DNA of 63,477 nucleotides, counting the filler, from Neoconidiobolus thromboides FSU 785 (Eukaryota > Fungi > Entomophthoromycota), in NCBI GenBank assembly GCA_025603075.1. It is 8 parts of 8 records of this genome, joined end to end, with 100 filler letters (N's around TTAATTAATTAA, not from the genome) between each part and the next. Parts side by side here need not be neighbours in the genome. Positions count along the whole stretch, not along the records: positions 42,822 to 57,027 come from MU626608.1; positions 57,128 to 61,351 come from MU626789.1; positions 61,452 to 63,477 come from MU626889.1; 5 more parts are not named here. The stretch is one strand, 5' to 3'. Of the stretch, positions 49,755 through 63,080 are shown piece after piece. The notes beneath the pieces are model-generated. The model worked only from the letters and a program-made list of their open reading frames with translations. It ran no database searches and had not been told where the DNA came from. Each line of letters opens with the position of its first letter. The first letter of the stretch is position 1. A program made the position numbers and the translations under genes.

Positions 49755-51109
49755 TTATTTTTGTTTTTTCTTTTTATCATTGTTATTATCTAACATGTAA
49801 TATTCCAATTGCTTCTCAAGGTTAGGGGCGTTCTCTCTTTTGCCAGCAACTTCCTTCTTTAAACTAATAATACGCTCAAACTCATTATTTAAATCTTGGG
49901 AATCCATTTTATGAGTTCTTTTATTTGGAGTATATAATAGTTTTTTATTGCTATTGTTGATATAAGTAGGTATTATTTTTTCAATATTCGTACCATTTAA
50001 ACCGATATCACTCAAAGATAATTGCTCATTATTAACAATATTATCAAATTTTAACAATTCAACTTGCTCTCTTGTTAATGAAAACAAACTAGGGGGCAAT
50101 TTTTCTAAAAAATAAGCTTGCAATTTGGCTACTTCCCATGGCAATGAAATAATCCCTCGTTTTAATTGACTATATTTCAATACAAGCTCCATAATTTGCT
50201 TATAGGTGTAAACTATATATATAAATTAACTATAGAATAATATAAATAATAAAGCTACCATTTGGTCCTCCAACTTCAAATAATTTGCCATTAAAGGAAT
50301 CATTGTTGGATAATATTTGAATAGCCTTTGCTAAATCCCAAACATAAATTGGCTGAAATTTCGTTAATCCGCCACCAAAAACAGGTAAAAAAGGTAAATA
50401 CTTTCCGATTTTCGCAAATCTCTATATAATTTGAAAGAATTAAGTTACTACTGAAATTAAGTAAATAGCAGTAATTACATTAATGAAATCGTCTTCGGGT
50501 CCAATAACTAAACTAGGTCTCACAATAATAGTATTTGGATTATGTTTCTTGACTGCTACCTCACCTAAACCTAATTTGTTTTTAGTAAATAATAAGATAA
50601 ATAATTAAATATTATACCCTTAGTTCTAGAATAAACAATAGAAGATTCAGGGTTGGCACCAATAGCAGAAATGTGAATTAGTTTTGAACCATTTGACTGA
50701 GTGATTTTAGCCAAGTTTTCAGCACCATTGATATGAATGTTAGTAGAATTTGTTTCATTTTGATTCATGACTCCCACTAAATTGATAACAACATTAGCAT
50801 CTTTACATAAATGTTCCATTTGGTCATAATTAGTAATATCTCCCTGTTGAGTAGATAATACTTGGTTCCCTAGCTGTTTAATTTTGGGATTTTCTTTCCC
50901 AGATTTACTTATAGGTTGAATCTTTACAAATGGGTCTTGGATCAAGGACTTAATCACATAGTTTCCTGTCATAATAATTAGTTTACTTTATATATTTAAC
51001 TATTATAAAGTATACCAATGAAGCCAGAGCCGCCTAAAATAGTTACTTTTGTAGAAGTGTTAAGATATCTTTTTGAATGATTTAATAAATGCTTGGTATT
51101 TAACAACAT
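49755..51109 (-). CDS. NDUFA9-like atypical SDR (NAD(P)-binding) protein with a presequence-like N-terminus; multi-exon
   Basis: MLLNTKHLL...KVTILGGSGFIG; VVINLVG; LIHISAIGA; YSRTKG.GE; IVRPSLVIGPED; PVFGGGLTKFQPIYVWDLAKAI. Confidence 0.85.
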
Positions 51110-51456
51110 GTTTAGTTTTGATAAATAGTTAATAGAGCTTTTTGTATTTGGCAACTGTAGTTTTTTATATTCAGCTACGTCACTTAACCATCACGCATCT
51201 TTGGCAAAATCGTCGATTTTATGCAAAAAATTACCTTTCTCATTTTACTAAACTGGAATTAAAAATATAATTGGCTGAATAAGGGGTAGCTTATACTTCT
51301 TTACCCATTTAGTACTAAAATGCAATTCCATAAAATTTATGCTTCACACAAATTTGTACACTAAAATAAAATAAGCAAAATTAGATATTGAATGCGTAGC
51401 AAGTTTTAAAATCTTTCTTTGATAAAGTAAGAAAAATAACATTATCTTAAAATTTA

Positions 51457-53262
51457 ATGAAGAGAAGAGAGGCCTGCGTAAGTTGCTATAAAAGAAAGCA
51501 AAAATGTAATAAACAGAAGCCATGCTTAAGATGCCATGAGTTAGGAATTGATTGTTATTATGAAATAGAAAAAGAAAAAGAAAAACAAAAACAAAAGGTT
51601 GAAGAAAATGATAAAGGAAAAAGCACTTCATTAACTAGATACAGAAAAGACTTTACAAAATCAAGATTAGTAGACAAGTACAGCAAGTTATTAGGATTAT
51701 TCAAAAAAGTATATGGAATTAATCAAGATATTAGAGAAGATGTTTTGTTTGGATTTTTAACAAAACAAATGAACCATTCTTTCCTTTATCAGCAAAAAAG
51801 CTTTTTAACTCTTGTGAATTTAAATTCAAATCAATTATTAAAAGGTAGAGTATATAAAAATGTTTAGTTATTATTAATAATATTAATATTTAGAACTTGA
51901 ACCTAAATTAATTGAAACATTTTTTACTTTTAATAATAAAATCCAATTATTGATATCTCCTGAAAAAAAAAGCCATATATTGGTTTCTAACAATGAGCAT
52001 GATATTGCTCTTAAATATGCAATATGTTGCTATACTTACCAAACTTACCGTTATTTAAGTAATTTGTCGCCAGTCAAATTAAATCAAATACCATTTTATA
52101 TCAAAGCCAAAACATTGATAAATTCATTAATTCAAAAGCCCAGTATTCAACTGCTTCAATGTAGTTTATTGTTATCGCAACAGGAATATGGGTTCGATTG
52201 TAAATATAAAGCATTAATGTCTTCAAGTAAATTTATTATATATTATTATTATTATGATTTAATTTTTGTTTAGTGTTTGCTACAAAGTAATATTATTTTA
52301 ATTAATTAATGTGATTTAACAGTATCAGGTTATACCAAATTTTAGGATTGAACTCTAAACTTGAAACAAAAGATATTAAAAGTGAAGAACTAGCAGAAAA
52401 ATATCGAATAAGTTTATTCTGTATTAATCAGGATTTGTTAGCCTCTTTTCCTTCTGCAAAACCTTCTATTATACCGTTTAAAAAGGATACGCTATCAGAA
52501 GACAAATACGGTTTCAATATAAATGAAAACTTAATTGAACCTTACAAAATTGTAATATAAATTTATTACGTTTTTATAAATTAAAATTAAATTTTTTATT
52601 AGACAGTTTTAGAAGCACAAACCAAATTAACCAAAACGTTCAATTATTTAGTAGGGATTGATTATGATATAAAATGGAACAATATACGACTTAAAAACAG
52701 GGAAATCGATGAAAAGGAGTATGAAATGACATTAGACCAGTTTGACAAAGAAACAAACCTTCTGGGGACATTTGTTTTTTTATCTTTTAAAATGAAGGAG
52801 ATTTTAGATACTAGAATTGACTTGATTCAGCACCCCTTTCTACTAACCTATGTAAGTATCTTTTATTTTTATAGAAGTGTGTTGCTACAAATCAAAATAT
52901 ATCAGGTCAAGTTGCATCAGACAAGAAATATAAAGGATTTATTTTATTACACAGAATATAGCAATGAAGCCAAAAAAATAGCTAAAGAAACGTATATCAA
53001 CAATGAGTTACTAGAAAAAAAACTCAAAGTTAATTTAAAGGATAAATTTAATGACATTTTTTATATATTACACTTTGGACATATTATCAATTTAGAATAC
53101 CTTACACTGCCATTTAGTTCGGAAGCTTGCTCTGTTTCTAATCATTTTAGTTGCAAAATCATTGAGAAGATTCAAGGATTAGCTAAGTATTGGCCGATAT
53201 ATACTAATTTCATGGCAAAAGCAAAGGGTTGTAATAGCGGATCTGGGGTTTTAAAGAAATAA
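51457..53262 (+). CDS. Zn(II)2Cys6 transcription factor; multi-exon
   Basis: ACVSCYKRKQKCNKQKPCLRCHELGIDC. Downstream ORF pieces (KPSIQLLQCSLLLS etc.) are separated by AT-rich GT-AG introns; exon limits are approximate. Confidence 0.8.
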
Positions 53263-53646
53263 ATATTATTGATAGAGCTACTCTTTTATGGACTGTATAA
53301 TTTTTTTAATTAATTTCATTTATTTTTGCAATGGCTAATATTTTAGATACCAGGACTAAAGTTGTATAAAAGTGTTAATGTTTGTATCAAATTTTATTTA
53401 TGTTATAAAAAACCAACACTATAAACTTGAAGAGGGTAATGTATTTAAAAATAATTAATTACAAGCGAAAAATTAAATATTGATAGGTTTAAAAGTTACT
53501 AAAGGCTAAACTAAAAAGTTTTATTTATGTTAAAAATTATTTATGGCTAAATCAACAATAAATTTTGATATAATTATAACAAAAGTGTTTTCTAATTCTA
53601 AGATTAGTAAAATCCTTAATTGGTAAATCTAGGATAATTACTATAT

Positions 53647-53739
53647 AAGGATGTATTTTTGCGTTTAAGGATTTTGTTAACAATCTTTACTCAAACAGTG
53701 CTTAAAAGATGGAAAAAGTAATGAAACCAAAATATCGCC
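53647..53739 (+). mobile_element. MITE family A copy
   Basis: Consensus interior, degenerate TIRs. Confidence 0.82.
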
Positions 53740-53740
53740 A

Positions 53741-54800
53741 TATCTAATATGGAGCGATCTTCACCTTTGTATGAATAAAGAGAGGAATTATTAATAATTT
53801 GGGGTAATTCTTGATTGTTAAAGAAATGTCCAGGGAGATTTGAGTTAACGACAAATGGGCGACCATGCACTATTGCACCTGCTTTACCATCTGCAATATA
53901 TATATATATCCTTCTTCAGCAGTAAAGCTACCGTTAATAAAAACTTTGGCATTTTTGATTAATAGGAAGGATTTTTTAACGTCAAGTTTAAGGTCATGAT
54001 TAGTTGGGCCAAAATGGGAAAGGTGACGCATAATTGAATATAAGCAACTTCACATTTATCAAGTTCATAAATTAAGTAGCTAAATAATTTATAAACTTCT
54101 CCTTGGATTTTTCACTCATATTGTTATAGCCACCACAAGGAGATAACTTGATACCAACTCTATCAGCAGGAAATACTTCAACAAAGTATCAATAGCTTCA
54201 AGAGCAAAGCGAGAACAGCTTTTAACATCATTGCCATGATCACCAGTACGTTCATTTGAGTTAGGGTCAAGGAACTGATGTGCTAAATAGCCATTGGCAC
54301 TATGTAATTCAACACCATCAAATCCTGCTCCTTTAACACTAATAGTAACTTTCTTTGAACATTTATACACATTTTTTAGGATCTTCAATAGCTTTTGGAA
54401 CAGAATAACTAGGCCTCTCTTCAAGTGAACCGAACTTTCTATCATTTGCTTTAATAACAGATGGAGCCGGTAGAGCTATACCAACATTATGCAAAGTATT
54501 AGCAGCTTTTTCTAAATACACAGCTATGTAAAAATATAGCTATGCTTTCCATATACTTTATCACTCATTATTTTCCATCCTTTTATTTACTCTTTACTCC
54601 AGATTTCAGTTGCTTCTGGACACTCAGTATCCTGTGACTCAATAAGGACACTTTCAGATAACATCAAGCCTGTTAACGTTCTTTGGCCATAACACTCAGT
54701 ATATATTGTACCAAGAACAATCTCACAATTTTGAGTCAATGAAGCAAGAAGTTTCGATCCTTAAGTTTCGATATTTTAAGATTTGATGGCTTCTATAAAT
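53741..54800 (-). pseudogene. Old Yellow Enzyme (NADH:flavin oxidoreductase) pseudogene
   Basis: GFDGVELHSANGYLAHQFLDPNSNERT, GLMLSESVLI, ATEIWSKE and GAIVHGRPFVVN, all broken by stops and frameshifts. Confidence 0.85.
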
Positions 54801-54867
54801 TTATGCTATATTACACTGACTGTAACTTTCAATATAGCATAAATTATATTGTTGTTGATTTAAATAT

Positions 54868-54967
54868 GGTGATGTGTTTTTATATTTAAGAATTTTACTA
54901 ACAATTTTTCCGCTCAAATAGTGTTTAAAAGATGGAAAAAGTGATGAAGCAAAAAAAAAACATCCCC
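54868..54967 (+). mobile_element. MITE family A copy
   Basis: AT|GGTGATGT...AAAAAACATCCCC|AT. Confidence 0.9.
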
Positions 54968-55851
54968 ATATACTATCAATCTATATTGTATGCATCAACG
55001 ATCCACTTAATCAAATAGCCGTGCTATCTAGACACAACAACTTAACCTTTACTGATTATTATATTATATCTCAAATACTTTATGCTCTTTTCTATCAGCA
55101 TACATTTTTTGGCTTTTCCTTAGTGTTGTTATAACATTATAAAGAGTTCGGGTATGGCGTTTGGATGGTTTATTTCTTTAAGAATACTGATTTTTTGAAG
55201 CAGAAAGCTTCTTTAAAGTAAATAACAATAAACTAATATTACTTTTTTCAAGCTAATATGAAATAGCATATCTACAAAAGCCATTATAAGTTATGTGACC
55301 GACATAAGTGCAAAAAAAAACAGTGTGTAGGTTATGTAAGGAACATTTGAACTAAATAAATAGCCTCGTATTTTTATGCCTTTAAGAGTTCTTCGAAAAT
55401 AGTAGCTTCTATAAGGAAATCAACAGTCAATATAATATTAAGATATTATGCAGGTAAAAGTTTAATCGTTGTCTTTCGGTTTTATTTCTTAAGCCAGAGT
55501 ATTAAGTTTTACACCCCAAACTAAATTTAATTGTCTATGGAGTAAGAGGAAAATAACAAACTGTACTTTTTAATATTGGATCGTTTCAAAAAGACGTTTA
55601 TTATCCTCAACGAAATGATCGAATACAATCGTCTTGTTAGAAGAGATACTTCACATTTATGTGAATAATGAAGTAGTTAATAGATCAAGAGAACCCTTCG
55701 CCTTGAGTAGTTGAATTTTTTATTTAAAATACAAATGTAATAAATAGATAGAGATTTTCTTTATTTCCAACTTAACTTAGATCAATAGTTAAAGTTAAGT
55801 TAAGTTAGAAGTTTAAATACAACATAAGTTTCTGATATTCCAGAATCTTCA

Positions 55852-57027
55852 TCATGATCCTTTTGAAATCTTCATTCCATTAGGCAATATACGATCAATG
55901 TGAGTAAGTCTCCAAGCTTCTAAATGATAAGATCTATGTCTTAAGGTTTCGCGGATAGCAGAATTTAAATTTGAGAATTTATCAATATCCTCTTTACTTA
56001 GTAATGGACTCCCAGTTGCATCCTTTTCTACATGTTCAGTTATTCTTTTTTGTTCTTCACGTAAAATTGCAAAGTTTTCAGGATGTGCTAACAAATCAGT
56101 AATAAGGAGACTAGAGCTTCTAGTGGTAGTAGAAATAGAAGCAAAGCCAAGAACCATAATAGCTTGTGAAATTTGACTAATATTATGCCCTTTGTCACTC
56201 AATGTATCTACAAGTCCTTTTGCCTCAACTTCCTCCCCACCCTTAATCTTTTGTCTTCTATTTTGAATATGCTTTTCAATTCTAGAGTAGATAAATTCTC
56301 TTTCACTGACAGATGGGTTTCCATACTTGATTTTGTAATTGACAATATAACTCCCAATGAAAGGAACTAAATGCCAAAGCAATCCTTTTCTTAAACACTT
56401 ATCTATCTTATTGGCATAGTCACGTAGCAAAAAGATTAAATCTTTATCCTTTGATAATTCAGGACCAAGTAGAAGAACAGCAACAGAATTTGCAATTACA
56501 TTCGAAAAAAAGTATTCAATATTAATACCTTCTGGACCGGTTCCTTCACCTATTTCTTCTTGAATAACTCTGTTCATGGTTTTTAAAACTTCTGGAAGCA
56601 TGGTTTTTAGCATGGGTGTGATTTCTTCTTTGACAATTGCAACGTTATCTAATATTTGATCTGGTTTGCCTGGAGAATCCTTTCCCTCTCCAAGTACTTC
56701 ACTAATAAAAAATATCTTATCTCTGCCTTCAACAATACCCATATCATGGGCCTTAGCTAAGTACTCAGAAGCTTTGTTAGTGAATACAAATATTTTCTTC
56801 CCTAAAAAGTTGACTCCAAATATATCCCCATATTTTTTTTGACATTCTAATAGAAATCTTCTAGGATTGTTTCTCAACTGTAAAGTATGGCCGATAATTG
56901 GAAGATGAGGTACCATCGGAGGCTCATCCTTTGTGGAATAAACATTATAGGCAGTATATGCTACCCAAAGTAGAAGAGAATAAATGATGAATTTATCTAA
57001 AGATAAGTAATCCTTCAAATTTAAGTA
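55852..57027 (-). pseudogene. Cytochrome P450, apparently 3'-truncated (no heme-Cys motif); start codon lies in the gap
   Basis: TM anchor, PPMVPHLPIIGH, KKYGDIF, I-helix GFASISTT and ETLR, then TGA. No PERF or FxxGxxxCxG found in any frame downstream. Confidence 0.75.
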
Positions 57028-57127
57028 NNNNNNNNNNNNNNNNNNNNNNNNNNNNNNNNNNNNNNNNNNNNTTAATTAATTAANNNNNNNNNNNNNNNNN
57101 NNNNNNNNNNNNNNNNNNNNNNNNNNN

Positions 57128-57445
57128 CGAAACTTACCTTTAATTAATGCCTCAAAGTTCGCTTATAATAATAAAGCTTTAGATATTATGAGAACTGCTG
57201 TAACTGCTGGTCTTTCTGCCGTTCCATATGCAGGATTGATTTTAGCTGCCACTTCTAATGCTATTTTAGGCCCCACTGCAGACGAAATGATTCTCAATGA
57301 ATATAAAGGAGCCCAGTTTAATGAAAAACTGATTGTCCTTAACGGGGTCCGTAAACAAGTTTTAAAAGAAAGTGGTGAACTTGCGAAAGGGTATATCAAA
57401 GATAACTTCAGTGATATTATCAAATCTGTTAAAAAGATATTATAA
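57128..57445 (+). CDS. 3' end of an unknown protein (5' end in the gap)
   Basis: Frame open from the contig edge: RNLPLINASKFAYNNKALDIMRTAVTAGLSAVPYAGLILAATSNAILGP...KKIL*; codon composition looks coding. Confidence 0.6.
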   Translation, partial: RNLPLINASKFAYNNKALDIMRTAVTAGLSAVPYAGLILAATSNAILGPTADEMILNEYKGAQFNEKLIVLNGVRKQVLKESGELAKGYIKDNFSDIIKSVKKIL

Positions 57446-57544
57446 CCTTGAATTTTTAAATAAACATATACTATTAGACTATTACATGCTATTGTTATTT
57501 TATTATATATATTATCTTTATTTATGGTTTGCACACTTTCATAA

Positions 57545-57611
57545 AAGGATGTTTTTAAGCGCTATTTGACCAGAAAGATTGTTGGTAAAATTCAAACAAA
57601 AACACATCCCT
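57545..57611 (-). mobile_element. MITE family A, internally deleted copy
   Basis: GGATGTTTTT joined directly to TAAGCGCTATTTG...AAAAACACATCCCT. Confidence 0.7.
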
Positions 57612-57955
57612 ACTCACTCACTTTTTTGAGTATTTTCAAAAGTCTGTATTTGCTTGAAAAACAATCTATACATTTTCAAGTAAACCCAGGGTTGACTTTT
57701 TCAGATCCTCTACACAAAAATTCTCAAATTTTTCAACCAAATGACAAACATTCTATTTGAAAATATTTACTTTTTTATGATAGTTCATAAACCATAAATA
57801 AAAACAATGTATTTTGAAACTCGACTTATTTTATTAAAGCAAATATAAAATAAATTAATTAATTTAAATAAAGTTACTAACTTTGATTAATGTTGAGATA
57901 AAACTATTTTAATAATGCTCAATTTGTTGGTGTATAATTGCAAAAACTAACAAAT

Positions 57956-58052
57956 GGGGATGTGTTTTTTTATTTAAGAATTTTACTACAATCTTTCCAC
58001 TCAAATAGCGCTTAAAAAATGGAAAAATAATGAAACTAAAAAAAACAGCCCC
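57956..58052 (+). mobile_element. MITE family A copy
   Basis: AT|GGGGATGTG...AAAAAACAGCCCC. Confidence 0.87.
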
Positions 58053-58297
58053 AAATCTTAATTTTGATTCTAATCTTAACTTTTACTCTAATATTAATAA
58101 AATTTTGTTAAATTAAAATGAATTAAAATTGCTGAATTAAATTTTTTGAACCCTACTTTATTGTATTAATTAAAAAAATTTTAATAAAATAATGTTATAT
58201 ACAAATCAATTTAAAAAAAGAAATTTTGAAGCTAATTTGAAATTTTAACAATTTCAGATAGTTTAATAAAACAATATAAACCATAAAAAATAACTTA

Positions 58298-58761
58298 TGT
58301 GAAATATCACTTTGTCAGCTCTGTAATTGATTATAGCATAATAACCATTTAAGTTATTGTACTCTCGAGTTCAGAGACAATCAATCCGAGACTCTCATTT
58401 TGATTTGTTATGAGGATTTCTAGCTTCATCTCAAAAAATATTATTTTCTCATTTTGATATCCATACTTGTTGAATATAAAAGAGATTTTAGGACATAGTA
58501 ACTCAAGGCTTTTTAACTAAATTATTTCTTTGATACCTTGTACTTTTGATAAAGCCACTAAATTTTCTCAATAATATTTTACATAGGTTTTACAGTAGTA
58601 CTGTTTATTCCATTTGTCTTACATAGTCATTGGCATATTACTTGCTATTCTTCATAAACCAAGTTCATCTCAGTTACATAAACTAAAACCTTTTGACTAA
58701 CAGTATAGTCAACCAGGAGATAGCTGTTTTTGACTCCAAACCCTGAGTACCAGATTTCACA
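58298..58761. mobile_element. Solo LTR (464 bp), older diverged copy; TSD CTTA/CTTT
   Basis: TGTGAAATATC...CAGATTTCACA, collinear with 41832-42293. Confidence 0.83.
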
Positions 58762-58775
58762 CTTTTCAATATTAT

Positions 58776-58873
58776 GGGGGTGTTTTTTTTGCTTCATTAC
58801 TTTTTCCATTTTTTAAGCACTATTCGAATAGAAAATTTATTAGTAAAATTCTTAAACACCAAAATACATCCCC
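58776..58873 (-). mobile_element. MITE family A copy
   Basis: AT|GGGGGTGT...AAAATACATCCCC. Confidence 0.87.
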
Positions 58874-59025
58874 TTATTATACTTTATTTTTATATTAAAG
58901 CCTGTATATATTACTTATTTTTTATTAGTTTATTAATTATAAGTTGAAATAAAAAACCTAAAAATAAAAAAAGCTAACAAAGGTATTTTTTTAGCTTTAT
59001 TACTTTTTCTACCTTTTAAGCATTA

Positions 59026-59122
59026 GGGGATGTATTTTTTTGTTTAAGAACTTTACCAACATCTTTCCACTCAAATAGCGCTTAAGAAATGGAAAAATAA
59101 TGAAACCAAAAAATACATCCCC
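59026..59122 (+). mobile_element. MITE family A copy
   Basis: GGGGATGTATTTTT...AAAAATACATCCCC|AT. Confidence 0.88.
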
Positions 59123-59130
59123 ATTATTTG

Positions 59131-59176
59131 AAAGGAAAGATTATTAACAAAATTCTTAAACACAAAAATACGTCCT
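59131..59176 (-). mobile_element. MITE family A half copy
   Basis: GGAAAGATTATTAACAAAATTCTTAAACACAAAAATACGTCCT. Confidence 0.72.
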
Positions 59177-59184
59177 AATATAAT

Positions 59185-59283
59185 GGGGATGTTTTTTTTG
59201 GCTTCATTGCTTTTTCCATCCTTTAAGTACTATTTGAGTGGAAATTTTTTTAGTAAGATTCTTAAATACAAAAATACATCCCT
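59185..59283 (-). mobile_element. MITE family A copy
   Basis: AT|GGGGATGTTTTTTT...AAAAATACATCCCT. Confidence 0.88.
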
Positions 59284-61451
59284 AATATTTAATATTATTG
59301 TATGATTTTAAAGTTATAAAAGTAGTTAAGTATAAATATAAATATGAAATATGAAATTTGACTTAAAAAAATAGTCAATAAATTAAAAAAGCAAAATAAA
59401 TTAAAATTAAAAAAACTCACTATAAAAATAAATAAAGAATTGTCTTAAAAAGTAAAATAAGTTTTAATAATTTATAAAAAAACACATTATTAAAAATTTT
59501 TAAACTAAAAAACATTTATCTGACTATTTTACATAGCTTTTGAAGCATTTTTCTAACTAACAATGAATTAGTGTATTTTCTTAGTCTTAATTTATCTTTA
59601 CTTTTTTGTTTTTATTTTTTAATTATCTTTTTTTAGCACCTGAGCCATTTTTTCCCATAACCAATTATTAAAAATATTTATAAAATAGGTGATTATAATA
59701 AATATTCTACCAAATGCAATATTTAATCTTTAATATTTAATATGTGAGTTTTATAATAATGCTCTTCTTTATAAGTCTTTTTTCATTTACTTTCACAGAC
59801 TTTTTAGTATCCTATTTGTAACTCTTTTTATCCAACTTTTTGTTTCCTTTTTATTTTTAACTTTAATAACTTTTCTAACCTATCCACTTTATTTTCATTT
59901 TTAAGTCAATTTTTTTCACCATTGTTGGTGCTATTTTCTTAGCCATTGTAACTTTCTATATCAAAAAGTTTCAACCCTACCTCGTTTATTATTGATTCCT
60001 TTTTACATCTTTAAGTCTCTGATTTTAAACAAATTATCTTTTTTAATAAAACAAAAAATCTATTGGTTAGCTAGATCCCCTTTTAAATTTTTTTAGAATT
60101 TAACTGTCTTATTTGAAAATGTTCTAGCTTTGGTACATTATTTTTTTAAGGACCTAGACTTCCTCTCCCACCTTTTACTTTAAACATTCCTTTTACTTTT
60201 ATATATAATAAGTATCACAGGTTTCCAGCCTGACCTTGGAAAAACATTAATAGTTTAGCGTAGTTGACTTTTAGTTATAATCAAAGTTAAATTTAAGATT
60301 ACATTTTAAATAAACATGAGATATTTATTAACGAATTAGAAAATCAGGCTGTGAGATTTTGGGACTTAGAACAGAATACCTATTAATATATGAAATTCTG
60401 GATATCGATTTTGGTATTATGTAATAATAATGATGTCCTTGGACTAGAAGCGGCTAATTTTAGTCCATGTTAATAAATTTCAAACTATAACTTCAAATTT
60501 ATGAATCTTTTTCTGATTAATAATAATATTGCCAAACTTTATTATTTAATTTAATTAAATCTACTAAATCATTAAATATATTGCACTATGATTATTAAAA
60601 CGATGTGTAACCTTGAAAAAGTCATTACATATATACTTATCTTCATAACTTTTAAATAAATAAATAAATAATAAAGCCATATGCATTTAACTTAAATATT
60701 CATATCTATGTTAGAAAGTAACTTGTAAACAATTTAATATAAATCGTAGTTACATTGTATTCAAGAACTTCATTAAAATCGATTACATATTTTGATAATA
60801 AATAGCATGAGGAACTTTAGTAGATAATATTAATATGACAAACTAATACAGGGGTAATTTTTATAAAAAAGCTTAACACATTACTTCAAATATATTCAAT
60901 TAGCGGCAAATTGAGTAGCTTTATAGCTTTAAACTACAATGAACAGTTTAGCATGATATTGAAGAGCCAATTGTTTTAAACTAAAATCACAAAGAATAGA
61001 ATTAGTAAATTGCAACAGGGTAAGAAAACTAGCAAAGGTTAAAAATAGAAATTATGCTAGTTTTGTAACGTATAACTTTACAAAACGCAATTACCAGTAC
61101 TAATATAAATTCCTTTATGCCTACGTTACAATAGTATCTGTTTTAAAAGAATTATATCTATTAATTCTTTACCGATTCATATTCATTAGCTAAAATTATT
61201 AAGCTAGAATCTTGTTATTAATTAATATTTAACTTATGTATAGTATCTGAAATATTAAAAAAACTATATATATGAAACAAAAAGGTATCAAAAGTATACA
61301 AAAAAATGTTTCTATTATTATCGCTTCTATTTCTCATCTCTGCTATCTTAANNNNNNNNNNNNNNNNNNNNNNNNNNNNNNNNNNNNNNNNNNNNTTAAT
61401 TAATTAANNNNNNNNNNNNNNNNNNNNNNNNNNNNNNNNNNNNNNNNNNNN

Positions 61452-61760
61452 CTTCAAATTGCTTCTTAAAAGGTGGGTTCAATACTTTACGATGTCTTTT
61501 CCAAACTTGATGGTTCGAAAACACTAAATTGATTCCCAAAAATTTTAAAAACAATATATTGGGACGTATTTGACTATGGATTTTTTTTAATAAAGGTAAT
61601 GATGACTTTTTAAAGAAGATGAAATATATTAAGGGCAAGATGGTGTCCAATCTTAGTAAAATATTTGTTGCTATTGACATTTTTTACAAATCATATCTTT
61701 GCTCTCTTCGTTTAATTTATATACTTCTACAGTTATTGCTCCAATTTTTTTATCTTCAAC
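61452..61760 (-). pseudogene. Cytochrome P450 N-terminal fragment, frame disrupted upstream; runs into a gap
   Basis: LGINLVFSNHQVWKRHRKVLNPPF (WxxxR, C-helix). The upstream part (KDMICKNVNS) lies in another frame that contains stops. Confidence 0.65.
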
Positions 61761-63080
61761 AATTTTCAGTTTTATTCATTTTAGTTTTTTGTCTTACATA
61801 TACATCACCTATACTATTAGTTGTTTTAGTTTATTACTAAAGGTGATTTGTTTAATAACACTTGAAATCAAGAATTTCAAATATTATAGTTTAGTGTAGC
61901 TAAGCTTTTTATATAAAATAATTAAAAATAGGAAGTGGTTTGTAATGTATTTAATTCACCTATTATAAGCGCTTTCATATTAGTCTAAGGATATCAACTA
62001 TGAATGGAATGTTTTATAGTATTTATAGATAGGATTTTTTTAATACATCTATATTGATCAAAAATTGGAATAAAATAATTTATATAATGTAATATTTTTT
62101 ATGATTTAAAAATTTTTAAAATTTGTTTATTAAATTAAAAAAATTGCTTAAGAGTAGAATAAGCAGTAAACTGATACACATTTTTTTCTTTTTAATATAA
62201 AAACTTTTAAACTTTTTGAAGAACTCTATACAAACTTTGTTTCATTGTTGACTTTGGCAGCTAAAGTAATTGAAGATAATTAAAGATAGTCTTTGTAATT
62301 TACTGTACAAAATTATCATGTACTTTATTTTTCATGTTTTATGACAATTTAGTTAGCATTGAATATCATTATTAATTCTATAATATAATAAACTTTGAGT
62401 TTTAATATATTCTACAAGTTTTAGAATTTATTTAAATTTGTTTAGAAACTAATTTTAATTAGTCATAAAACCTGGTCTATTATTTTTATTGCATTGAATC
62501 ATTTACAAAATCCAAATAGCTTTTAAAAATGTAATTAAACTGAACATATAATGTAAATAAAACAATATAAAAGCATCAAATTCCAAAAATTCCAAAACTA
62601 AACAACAAAATATAGTAGCAATTACTACATGTAAATAATGTTAAAAAAACATTTTTAATTGCAATCAGTTTTAAACCTATCTTTGCTACAACCTTTATTG
62701 GATCAGACCTTTGGGCTATCTACCGTTCATACTCTAACATTCTATCAGGGATCAGGATGCTACTTTGTTATCTCTAAATATCTTTGTTGAATAGAACATA
62801 GCTTGGACGGATTTGATTCATTTGGTTTTTCCCCACCTCAATCGTAATTTAAGTAAATCAGTTAGGTTAGATTGACCTTCTAGTTTCTTTCTATAAATTT
62901 AATTTGATCTAATAAAACACTTGCCCACTAGAGTCCAAAATCCTCAAAAAAATACAATTAATAATAAATACTTAAAATTTTATAATATTTTTAACTTTAA
63001 ACAATTTTAGTTATAAATAAGTAATAATCGATTATATTTATTAATTTTGCTCTAATTTATTAATACAAATTGCTATTAAA

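Noticed and set aside
59600-60250. Possible second LINE relic on the minus strand (KVRLETC..KGGRG, NWLWEKWLR)
   Set aside because: Motifs too short and degenerate to support a call without a frameshift-aware search.
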